64,000 nt of DNA from Raillietiella orientalis (lineage: Eukaryota). Each line of letters begins with the position of its first letter. The stretch's first letter is position 1. The position numbers were made by a program, and so were the translations under genes. This document shows positions 1-12,200 of this stretch, in pieces. Location: NCBI GenBank assembly GCA_036172245.1, contig JAYWIR010000011.1, positions 1,488,001 to 1,552,000 on the forward strand, written 5' to 3'. Below the pieces are notes generated by a model that saw only the letters and a list, made by a program, of their open reading frames with translations, was not told the DNA's origin and made no database searches.

Positions 1-270
1 TGGATGCGAGCTGAGAGGAGGGAAGGATGGCAGCGGCGGCAGGAGGGGCCCGAGACGATCGGAAGAAGGAGGGAGGGGAGAGGAAATGGGGGAAAGGGCG
101 CGCCGCCACCTCCGTCCTCCGCGCGACCCGCGGAGGCGGCGGAACAGCGGCGACAACGACGACGGCGAAAAGGAGCGCCCCGCCACCCCACCTTCCTGCG
201 AGCGAAAGCGCGTCTCCAAGGAGACTCCTGCCTTCACCCCGCCCCCACCCACCCCCGTCTTTTCTTGCAG

Positions 271-3200
271 GCCTCCTTCTACTCCATGGCCCTGAAGACT
301 TTGATCACGGTGTCGACGCTGTCGCTGCTGGGCTTCATCGTGGCTTACCACGCCCTGGAGGTCCAGGTAAAGGCTGCTCCTCTCCCTTTCTCCTTCCCCA
401 CCCCCAGCCCTGTGGGTGAAGAGAATCGCGCGGCAACGGCGTCTCCCGCCAGCCGGCTGCACACCTTTCCCTTCACCGCCTTCGAAGGGGGCCATCGTTC
501 GTCGGGAAAAACGGAACGCCTAAAGGGAAAGGAGCTCTCAATCTCCCAACCCGCCGCCGTGACCACCCTTTTTTCAGGACGGGCATCCGGGCTGCGCGCT
601 CGCGCCGACCGATCTCCTGCAGCTCGCTGAACGCTCAAGCGGACTGCAACCGGGGGATCCCTCCAGGAGGGTTTCAGGAGCGGGGAGGGAAGGGGACCGC
701 ATCCCTCGGATCCGGGGTACTTGCCAGTACCCTAGGCCATCACACGGGATCCGGAGGCGGGATGATCGCGGCACCGCCGCCGCCGTCCTCACTCCTTACC
801 CCCATTCCTTGGACACTTCTGGGGTTTCAGAGCCGCCCGTGGTCCCTTAAGGGCGCCTGGCTCTTCACTCTTTCCATTTCCCCCCTCCCCCTTCCGCTCT
901 CGACCGGAGGCGGACCGCCGTCTCCCCCTCCTCGGAGGGAAGGACCAGAAGGGCGTGAAGCTCGCGTCCCCTCCTCCTTCCCGGGAGCATCACCCCTCGT
1001 GATACTTCCGGGAAGATCCGTACTCCTCGCCTCCTCCATGGGACCCGGATTTCGAAGCTCTTCCGGGATTTGCGGCAGAGCTCCAGAGGAGGGAAAGGCT
1101 CGGGGATATGCGAGGAGGGGAGAAAGAGGAGTGGGAAAAAGGAGGCTCCCCAAAAACGCCATCTGGCTACTTCCCTCCTCCTCCTCTGCACGCCCCGAGG
1201 AGAGCGAAGCAGGAGCCCTCCCTCACCTCTCTTGAGGAACGGATCCCACACCAGGGGCCGTCTCCGCGGAGACGGAGATGGGACCCCGTCTTAGGGACGG
1301 AAAAGCTTCAAGAGGGGCGAGCTAACCTCTGACCTTTAAGGATTCCCCTTTCCCTCCCTTCTTCGCCTCTTCATTTTCTCATCCGAAAGCACGTGAGGAG
1401 AAGTGCTACTAGCGGGCATCGGCAGCGGTGGAAGCCTCCAATCCAAGGACAGATGAAGGAAGAAAAGGATAGGAAACGGGATGCAAGGAAAAACTCAAAC
1501 TCCTCGTCACCACCACCCCCCTTTTCTCTTGATCAAGAGTTCGAAGCTCTCTCCCTTTGTTCTCTCGAGCTCATCGCTTGAAAACCTCTCCCCTGTCCTC
1601 CGGAAACGATCAAAGAACGACGCGCGCGAGCTTCTCCTTTGTGATCTCGCTATCCTCCTCTTCCTCCTTTCCCGTCTGCTGAAGGATGCTGTCCAACGTC
1701 CTCCTTAGTCAGCGGAAGTGAGGCGGGACGGCCGAGCCGTGGGGAGGCACCCCTGCTGCAAAGTTGACTCTGCTGGAGTTTCCTCCAGCAGAGCCAGCTG
1801 GCGCTTCGTCAGGTGGGCACGAACCCTGGCCCGAGCGCGATTCTCATCTTCGTCTAGAAAAGTCCGGGAAGTTTTGAAGTCTGGGAAGTTTGAGTTTGGG
1901 AAGTCTGGGAAGAGGGAGGAAGAGAAACGAAGCGGATTTTCCGGTCGCCCCTTCGGATCGAACGAAGACCAAGGAATTGCGCTCCTTGCACACGCGTTTT
2001 TCTCTTCACTACTGGCTGCCACATGCCTTTTTTTTCGCACGTAGTGATGCCATCACCTAGAAAACGCGGAATTTAGAGCTTGGCTATCATTGGTCTTTGT
2101 GCTGGTTGCGAGACTCCGAGGGCAAGGAGATCCGATATCCTTTGAAGTCTACATTTTCATCCGAGAAGGATCAGATGCACTTTTTCAATGAGAAGTCGCA
2201 TACGATTCCACTGCACCTCATTGCATTCGTAATTGCAATCTCACTGCATCTCGTTCCCGCGTGCCAGGACCTCCTTTATCCAAGAGTGGGAGCGGAATCC
2301 CCAGCCTCCGTGTAATGGTGATCTCGCACTGCAGATAAATGCAAAATTTATTACTGCTATTAAGAATGGCGTATTAACGTTTAGCGTCATCGGCACGGTG
2401 CCGTCGGACTGGTGCGATCCCCAAAACGTTTGTTTTGTTGTCGAGCTCATCGGAAGCGCGCCGCGTATCCTGGGTAACGTCCAATCACGTTGGCCGGTTG
2501 TTTTCAAACGTTCGCCATTGTTGGGCCATTGTGCGGCGGCCGTTGCTAGGCTCTTCATTGATAGGCCTAGGTGACGGTTTCCCGGCAACGTGATCTTCTC
2601 ACTGCCTTCCCGGGAGCTCAGGCAGCGAGCCTGTGGAGCCCCGCGAATTCACTCCACCGCTTGTCGGACCTGGGGAAGAACCGTGGAACCCGCGTCAAGG
2701 ATGCGGTCGGCGTGTTCTATCGGAAAGAGATTGCTTTCGCTTCGAATTACCCCACTCGGTGAGAGCCCCTCTCTCCCTATCAACGTTTGCTTTGTGGTCG
2801 TTGCATTCAGACACGCCATCCTGGGCAACCCCGCTGCAATTCGAGAAGCACTCCGCGCTGAAAAATCCATTGCGGCATGATCACGGAAGTATGCTCGATC
2901 CTTCTTGCACTTGACGTTTGAACTTACGAGAAAACAACATGCGGAACATTTGCTTGTTTGTTCTCGACTCCATTAGTGTGCTTACGGGTTGTTCCGTTCC
3001 TCTTTTCCTTCAAGATAAAGCGCAAGGAACTTTTGCTCCTTTGGACAAATGAGATTTCATGTTGTTTGTCGAGAGGTGTTCCTGAGACATCGGAAATCAG
3101 ATGGAGGACAACTCTGGTTATCGTTAAACTTCTCGGAGAGTCTCAGTCATTTGTTTGCATCCGGATACGGTTCTGCTTGGCTAGTGCAGTCTTCAGGCGA

Positions 3201-6200
3201 GCAGCGGTAAGAAAGCTTTTTGCTTCCGACTCTCGGAAACAAGGCAGATTAACAAGCCACCCTGGCTGGCTGTGTCATAAGTCGGCTGCAGAAACGTTCG
3301 GACTCACCCTCTGGGAAAAGGAGCTTTGAGTGGAATTCGCCGAACGATGAAGAGCCGCCATCCCCCTTAACCTCTGCGCACCGTGCATGGAAGCCTAGTG
3401 AAAATCCTGGACGGCGCCGGGCAACCCCGCACGAACGCAGAAACCTTCCTGGGATGCTGAGAGCGATCCCAAACTTCGCCTCTTCTTTCTCGAGAAATCA
3501 AAAGTTCTTCCTTCGCGAGCAAGAACTTTTCTGCTCTGTTCACCAGAATTCCTTTCCTCCTGATCTCGCTCCACCCTGTCCTTGTCTCCCGGTCCGGAAG
3601 CGGCCCCGCATCCTGTCCATTGATTCTGAAGCAGTGAATGTCGCTGAATGTCTTTTTTTTTCCCCCGATTTTCCTTCTTTTTTTTTTTTTTTTTCACTTT
3701 TCCGCGCGCGCGCGCACGCGCGCTGTAATTCTCTCTCTCTTTCTCGTCCTAACCCACTCCTCTTTCTGCCAGTCTTAGCATTTTCCTGAAGCGCGAATGC
3801 GCTAGTGAAGCAGGGTAATCACAGGCTCTGGACGGCATTTTCTGGGATCCGTTGCTGCAGCAAATGGGTGCGCGCTTGTCGTTTGGAGCTTTACACTGGG
3901 AACCGCACGCTCTTCTTCCCGGAGAAAACGTCGTCCACTTTTTAATGGCTTCTAAAAAAGCTATCCGGGATGCATTCGCGCGCTGTAGAGTGCTGGTAAT
4001 CTCCGGAAAAAATCAGCTGTCTGTCGGCGCCGCCACGGAGAGCGAGTCCGATGGCTGCACATCTGGCGGCGGGCCCCTTAGCAGAAGGCGAGCAGGAGTT
4101 TCCTCTTCTCTCCCCTGCTGGCAAGGGTTGCTGCCGATCTCATGCCGAAGAAACGCCCCCACGCTTGGTCCGCCGCTCTTGGACGTCCCCTCCGCCTCCA
4201 CCTTCCCCGCGGAGGGAAACGGACGGGAAGGAGGCGAAGAACTCAGGAGAGTTCCGTTGGTCGACTGGGGAAGAAGCAGCGGAAACCAGGAAACGAAGAT
4301 GACGAGCGGCGGCCGGGCAGGGGTACGAAAACCCTCGGGGATATCTTTCCATGGAGGAGACCAAGGAAGTCGCGCCGTCCTTCGAGGCTCTTTGCAAGGC
4401 AGACCGAAGAGGCTGTGTAGGAGGGGCGCCGTGGAGACCTGCCGCGTGAAGAGCCGCCAAGTATCGATCTGCCCGCATCCTCCTCCCCTTCCCTTCCTTC
4501 GCCTCCTCCTCTAATCAGCCCGTGTCCCCGCGGCTGGGTCGGATTTCCTAGTAACGGCACGCTGGTCTATTAGCAAAGATTGCATCGCGAGGCGGATCAG
4601 CTATGCATCAGCCGCCTCTCCCCCTCGCCGAACCCGGAAGCAGCGAGACGCCGCCGGCTGCGCCTGTCGGCCTCCCGCCCGCCGGGATAGACTAGGCGCT
4701 TCCGCTCGTCCTACCAGGGAAAACTCGGGCGGAGAAGAAGCAAGACGTGAGAGAGGGACGGGCAAGAAGAGAGGCAGGTCCTTCGCCTTCCGGCCGACAG
4801 CTGCTGCTCTCGTCTGGACCAGGGGAAGCTACGTTCGGAGGGAGGAACGGGGGAGGAGGGGAGTGGGGAGGGAGAATTTGCCGATCTGGTTCTCCTCCTG
4901 CTTTCCTGGCACGGTGCCCGCGAGCGGTTTCCGCGACGCCGGCCGCGTTCCCTCCCCTCGGAGGGGGAGAACCCCGCGTTCGTGGGAACCTCACCTCGTG
5001 CCTCTCGAAACCGCTCGGGAGCGTGGAAGATGGACTGGCGCGCTGCTCCCCTGCTGATGGAGAAGGCGGCGGTCTCGCTCTCTTAGCCGGAACAGCTTCC
5101 CCCTTCAGCCTCCAGGCATCCTTCGAGAAAGAGCATCTCTCGGTCCCTGCGTTTCCCTGCCTCTTCCCGTTCCTTTATTTCGGGAAGACGCCGCGCCGCA
5201 GCTCCTTCGACACCCTCACGGGGAGTTCGGGGCGGAGACGTAAACCTATCGCCACAGTCGCCTTCCCCCCCCCCTCCTATGAGTCTCACGCGATCTGCGG
5301 CGTAGCGTTCGAGGGTCGAGCTCACCGGAGACCGAGCTGTCCGCAGGAGCAGGAGAGGGAGGAGGAGAGAAGAGGCAAGCGACCCGCTCCGTTCAGGAGT
5401 AGGGCCAGCCTCCAGCAGAGGGGTTTGGGCGAAAGCGGACGTCTTTGGACCCCCTCCGAGAGCAGATGCAGAGGAGGGAGGATCCCAGCAGGTCGCCAAC
5501 GAGCCTTCCCGGTGGGTCGATCCCGGCGCATCCCTCTGCAGTCTCTTCCTCTTCCTCCCTCCTTTCCCTCTTCCGGGAGCTTCCCTTCCGCCCTCGATCA
5601 CTCCGGCCGCCCTTTTGATCGGTCGCGGTCAGTCCTTCTCTCCGCGGCTCCCTGAGGCAGCGAGCAGGCGGTCCTGGGTTGGTCTCTCTCCCGGGGGTGG
5701 ATGGGGTTGCGGGAGAAAGAAAGAACGTTTCGCCGTTCGAGAAGGGTGGCGCAGTGGCGTCTCAAGGTGGATGCCACTGCAGGGTCCAGCGGATCTTTCG
5801 AGAAGCATCCGCAACTGGAGGGCACCCTCGCACCTTTCCTTCTTCTCCTCCTCCTCCTTGCCTTCCCGCGCATCCCTTCTGTGAGCAAAGATGGTGGTGA
5901 TGATGATTTGCAGGGTCGGGATACTCTGCTGTCGCTGCTCGCTCCGTTCTCCTCCTCCTCCTCCTTGACTGCGAGCGACCTCGCAGGACTGACTGCGTGG
6001 TCTGGGACTCGGGAAGTGCCTCGGTCCGTGCTCGAACCCTAGAAACCCTGTTGTTCCCCTCGCCCCCTACCTCCTACCCTTCCACCCCTTCCTTCTGTCG
6101 TCCGGCCACAGCACTTTCGCACTCTCCCCCCCACGTCTTCCTCCCAGCAACGCTCCGTAGCTCCCGTCTGTGAGCAGGATCCGCACGCTCCTGCGAAGGT

Positions 6201-9200
6201 CACACAGCCACGGGGCACCCTTTTCTTCCGATCCCAATGCGACGGAGCCTCTCCTTTCCAGCCTCCCTAACCCTCATCCCGCTGGGAGAGGAGGATCCTC
6301 GTCCTCTGGACGACCCCATACCCCAGCGGGGTCTCATTGCATGCCCCTTGGAATCTTCCCCACTTTCCGCGCTCGTCTTCAGATCGGGACGCTCCCTCCC
6401 TCCATCTTCCAGCTCTTCATGACGGACAATTGTTGCGACGACTGGAGGATCGCCATCACCTGGCAGAGGATCGGACTCATCGCCCTGGAACTGGCCGTGT
6501 GCTCGGTGCACCCCATCCCAGGGGAGTACAACTTCCTGTGGACCACGAAGCTGGCCAACCACGGAGGCATCATCGGCTCCAGCTGGGTGCCAGTGGACGT
6601 GACCCTCAGCCTGCCCATGTTTCTCCGGCTGTACCTGATCTGCCGCGTGATGCTGCTGCACAGCAAGCTCTTCACCGACGCCTCCTCGCGCAGCATCGGT
6701 GCCCTCAACCGCATCAACTTCAACACGCGCTTCGTGCTGAAGACGCTCATGACCATCTGCCCCGGCACCGTCCTCCTCGTCTTCATGGTGTCCCTGTGGA
6801 TCATCGCAGCGTGGACACTCAGGCAGTGCGAGAGGTGAGAGAAGAGGGACGATGCATCTTCCTTGCGCGTCCACCCCTCTCCCCTTCTTCCTCCTCCCCC
6901 GCCCGCTTCTGAGTCTTCTTCCTCCTCCTCGGCTCGTTCCTGAGGTCCCTCCCTTTTGCACCTCCTTCCCTCCTGCTCCTGGTCCATTCCTCTGCCGTTG
7001 CGGCCTCCACCGCATTCTCTTCGCCGTCTTCGTGGAGACGACTGCAGGCTCTGTGTGGGGCAGACTGCTGTGGTCCTCCCTTCCTCTGTCGCCGGCGGTG
7101 CGGCGATCGGTTCCCCCGGCCGGAGACCGGAACGCGCTCCGCAGACTCTGCTCCGCCACCGCCGCCTGTTTCTCCCGCCCCTTCGCTTCTGCTGTGTCCA
7201 TCCGGCTCGCGTCTCCAAGAAGGAGGTCACTGCCACGCGATGGCGGATGCTGAATTCTCCTGGATGGAGGCATTGACCGGGGAACGGAACTTCCTCCCGA
7301 GTAGACACTGGAAGTGCTGTCCCGTAGCAGTCCGGAGGGGCAGGGAGACTAATGGAGACCCTCGGATGTCCTCAGACGTCGCCCCTTCCCTCCCCTCTCC
7401 CTCTTTCCTCAGTTTCGGACAGAATAGGCACCCGCCCACACATCGAATTCCTTGTCTAAATAGGAGAGGGGGAAGGAATGAAGGGTTATCTCTAGGGGCG
7501 GGTTCCACTTGAGACGGTGCCGCTTCCAATGCGATCTTCCGCCTCCTCCTCCAGTCAAAGAGGCTGGGCAGAGCATCTCGAGTTGACCTTGGAGCCTTGG
7601 TCCCTGCCCATCCAGCTCCGGACCTCTGGGGTGACTCTCTCCTCTCCTCCTCCTGCCGCCAGGCTGCAGCGCCCTGAACCAAGCGACTATCGGCGCTATC
7701 GCTGCCTTATTGCTGCCGCTTGAGGAAAAGTAGCCCTCTGAATCAGCTCCATCCCCTCCTTATTGATGCGCGCCGATCCCCCGCCACCTCCTCGGCTCGA
7801 TCGTCACCTCCGGCTCTCCACCTCCCGGACGACCACCGACGGTGGAAGGTGCAAGGAAAACCTCCGGCAACGGATCATGTTCTGGGACTCACCTCTTTCC
7901 CCGCTCCAGGAGCCCGAGATTGGCTCGCATCCACCCATACGCACTAGGGAAGCAGACACGCTCCACGAGCTCGAAGCTCGCCGGCTGGCTACCTCCGAAC
8001 GCCCTCGGCGGGAGTGCGGGGTGTTCGGAGGCATATGGAGACCAAGACTCGTCGCCCCGTCGGCCCTTCCCTCCCTCGGCCGCTTTCCCCTACCACTGGT
8101 ACGTGCGTGCGGCCATTCCCCCCTTGAGTGGTGCTCGGGCCACCACCGCCTCCTCGATGCCCACGCTCAGTAACAATCACGACGACGTCGGTGACGACAA
8201 CAAAAAGGGCGATTTTTTCCCCTCGCTCTCCCGGAGCCCTTTGCACCTCTCCCCTTCCGGACCCTTCGGCACAGCCGGATGCTAGAGATCCCCTCCTCTC
8301 TCCGCCTAGCCGCGCGCGTGTCGCCCTCCCCTCCCACGTGTCTGTGTCTTCCGGAGCCTCTGCGAGCCACGTGCGGCATATCTCGCCATATCGAGCGCCC
8401 GCAGTTTGCGGGATGCTGGGAAACGGGTTAGCACGTGGCAAAGCTCCGGAGGAGACGGTCGGCCGCCCACGCTCGGCCGAGTCCTCTGCCCGCACGGGAC
8501 CAGACTGGGGCGGTTGCGGAGGGTTCCATCGGCCCCTAAGCGAGCAACTCCGCCGCATTTTTCATCTTTTCCGCTACAGCCGTCATCGTCTCTCCCTCCC
8601 CCTTTCTCTTCTCTGTAGCTTCCCACTTGCATGAGCATTTCGCTGCCCTTCTTTTCCTCTCCTTTTCCTCCCTTCCTTCCTCCATTCTTCCTACTCCATC
8701 CTCCCTTCTTCCTACCTTTCTCCTCCCTTCTTCCTACCTTTCTCCTCCTCCTCTTCTTCCTTCTCGACTGGTCCTTCTTGAAGAAAACCACCACTTTCCC
8801 CTTTCTTCCCGAAGCGCCCACCTTGCACTCTCCTTGCCCGAAGTTAGCGATCGTGTCAACCGCACGCGCTGCCATTCGTGGGCGCCCTCTTCGTCGCTGG
8901 TAGGGACCGCAGTCGGCAGTTCCAAGATGACCTCGTGCGTGACACCTCTTTGCCTCTTTGCAGCAGTCCCTGACCGAGTGGTGATGCCATCGGACTCATC
9001 AGCATCACCACTGTACCCCCCGTCCTGGCGCGTTCCGGGAGGGTCCGCGCGTGCGATGACCCCGCTCTTCCAGAGTCCGTGGATTCTGCTCCAGCAGGTC
9101 GTTTCTTTTTTCCCGGACGCCGTGCAGCAGGGAGAGGGGAAGGAGCAGGAGGAAGAGAGGGAGAGAAGGGGGTGGCGGAAAGTTGACGAGGCGTCTTCTT

Positions 9201-12200
9201 CCCCACCTCGCACGCGCGCACGGCGTAGCTCCGACCTCTTTACGTGCTGCCGGTTCCCGTTGGACGCTCCCTCGGGTAGAGGATGAGCTCACCAAGGACG
9301 CGGAGGCCCCCAGCTGCGACACGAAGTCGGGAGAAGCGCGCGTGCCACGCACGCTTCACTCTCGTCGTCCACGCAACCGTGGAGCTTTTGGCCGTCCTCC
9401 TCCACCCGCGGGTGTCCGCCCTCTCACGTGTGCGCACCCTTTTGCCGCAGCGCCCTCGGAGCCCAACGGGTGCATGCGTTCCTGTTGAGCGGTGCAGCAG
9501 TCTCTTGGTGTGGGTGGCCGCAGCACCACCGGCGTGCGGGATCCGCGTGGAAGCGATTTCCTGCTCGGTCGGTGCCATCCGTCCGCTCGCCGCGCCGATT
9601 TGCAGGTGCGCGTCGCGCCGGGCGCCTGTGCTCCTCCCCGAGGCCCCTAGCGCCGTCCGTCCCAGGTCTCCGCTGTCGCCGTTAGGCCGCTGCCTCACCG
9701 CGTCGCTCTCCCCTCCCCTGTGATCTCCGCATTTGGAGCGAGTACCACATCTAGGAGTGAGCGCCTGCGCCAACCAGGCGGACATGCGGGGAGTCTCCTC
9801 ACAAAAGCGCGGGACGGCACTGCCTGAGAGCACAGAGGAGCGAGGCAAACGAGGAAGGCTGGACGGAAAGTGAAGAGGGTGACGGATCTGGGACGGGGAG
9901 ACGTCCCCCAAGCCGGGAGTGCAGCAACCCTGCATCGTCTGCCTCCAGCGAAGTCTCATCTCGGCTTTCCTGCGAGTCGTGCACGCGTCTCTTCCGCCTC
10001 CTCCCCTTTCATCCTCTTCCTCTTCCCTATTTCGCATTCCCCCTGCAAGGACCTTCCCTCGAGTTTCCTCGCCCTCCTTTTCCCTGAATCCAATCTCATC
10101 CTGGGGACCCTAGGAATGCCCCGGAAACACCATCCCTCTTCTTCAGCTCCGAGACGTCTTTCTCGCATCCGCGATGCGTCAGTCCTCCCCTCTTCCTTTA
10201 AAACCGCTCCGTCATCCTCCTCCTCCCATGCCATCACCGAAGGTTCCGCCAGCCGCTGGAAAGGCTTAATTTTTCGCGCCAACCCTTTCTCCCTCCCCCT
10301 CCCCTTCCGATCCGGGATCCGCGACCCTGCAAATAAATTAACCAGGCGAATGCCACAGTCGGCGACGTCTCCAAGGGGAGGGGGAGCAAAAATGCAATTT
10401 GTCTTCGGCAGCTTTGATCAGAGAATTCTCGCCTATCCATGCGCCTCCGATTGCAATAAGCTGCTGCTCCTACTTGCTTCTGCTGCGCCACGAGCGGGCA
10501 CGCAAGGCATGATCGGATCCCCCACCAAGAAGGATGCTCCTCGAGAGCAGACAGATCGATCTTCCCCATCTGGCCACGGTCGCGCACACACGTGTGCCCC
10601 CCTTCTTCCCCTCCTTCCCCTCTTCTCTTCCTGGCTGCGCCAAGCGCGAGCGGGTTCGCGCGGCGGCACGACGGAAACCACGCGCCCCCGAAACGAGGGC
10701 TTCGCCGGCTGCCGCCGAAGCAGTGGACAGATGGATCGCGTGCCGATGATGGCGATGACGCAATCGCATACCGAAGGGACCTCGCGCGCGCTCCCACCCC
10801 TTTCCTCTTCCTCCGACTGAGAGGCGTGAGGAGGCTTGCAGGCTGCTCGGTCCGCCCTGCCCGCAGCTGCATCTTCAAGTGCTCCCGGCCACTGTTTGAC
10901 CATGCGGCAAGGAGGCTCGTCTCATGGAGCGTGGAACGGCTCATCGACGAGTTCACCGCCACCGGTTGCCGTCTTCCCGAGGAACAAGAAGCGAAGAAGG
11001 AAACTTGAGTGGAACTCCTTCGATGGGGGAGGACAGCTGGAGTCTCCGCGCATTCCAGCTTTTTCCTCGGACCCAGCGGGCTCAGAGCTTCAGAAGAAGC
11101 AAACACAAGCGCGAAAAGAGCGGGAGAAGTGCCCCTCAGAGGTCCTGCGCGCTTCCCGAAACGCTGCAGAGCTGCTGTAAAGGAGCGCGAGGAAAGGAAA
11201 CTCGGGAAGTTCTGCAGGCTCGGACGATCATTCGACCGGGAACGATCGGGAAATCGTTTCCCTTCCTCCAGGGAACCAGGCGGTACGCGATTGCACTCAC
11301 GAGCATCCACAGGCATTAAAGGTGGAGGGGAAGAGAGAGTCGAAGTGGAAGTTTGGCGTTCTCTTCCCGAAGCAGTCCTCCTGTTGTTTGCTGCTGCTGC
11401 AGCAGCAGCAGAAGGCGGCGGCAGACTCCTGAGAGCGTCAGGCCGGAAAGGAGACCAAGGGACTTCCCGTGAGAGCCTTTTTCCCCCCTTATTTATCGAT
11501 GGAACCGATGCGTGGTAATAATGTACTGGGACTGTGACTATTCACAGCACAGGCACGAAAACGATGAAGCGCGGGCGCGAAAGCGGGAAATGAAAGCATT
11601 TCCCGACGCCGCCCAAAGCACGTCTCTATTTATAGCTCGACTTCACGAATAACTTGTGATGACACCGTAGAGCGCACCACTTAACTAGTAGGGACCGGAG
11701 GGAGGCAGCCAAAGACACCTTGTTCAAGGGTAGCGAAAAAATAGTAATCTTCCCACTTTCCGGCCGTTCGATCCCATGAAACGCACGTTGGTAGGCAACG
11801 GCGCGGAGGGCAACAGTGCCCTCCCAACAATGAGGAGGGCGATTCGAAAGCCCGCAGCGACGCGGCTTCGCTTCACTTCTCCAAGCGAAAGAGAACGTTT
11901 TGACCGGAGAAGCGCCTGCCGACTGATCCGCGCGCTCCAAAACCAAGCAGGAGTCTACGCTGACGGAGCCAACTTTCTTCCGCTAAGGAAAGAGGGATCT
12001 CTCCCTCCCTCCCTCTCTCCTGGATTTCCAGCAGGGACTTCGCCCCAAACGGACGGAGCATTCTGGAGCACGGCAAATGAATGCCAAGCTGCCTCGCCTC
12101 TTGGCATTCCTGCCATGCGGCGGTGCCCCGAAACGCAGACGAGTGCATCGTTTCCGTTTCTTGTTTTTCCCTTTTTTCTGCATCCCCTTCCTTCCCGATC

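Noticed and set aside
1861..1912. Short AGTCTGGGAAGTTT-like tandem repeat
   Set aside because: Ordinary degenerate minisatellite with no further signal.
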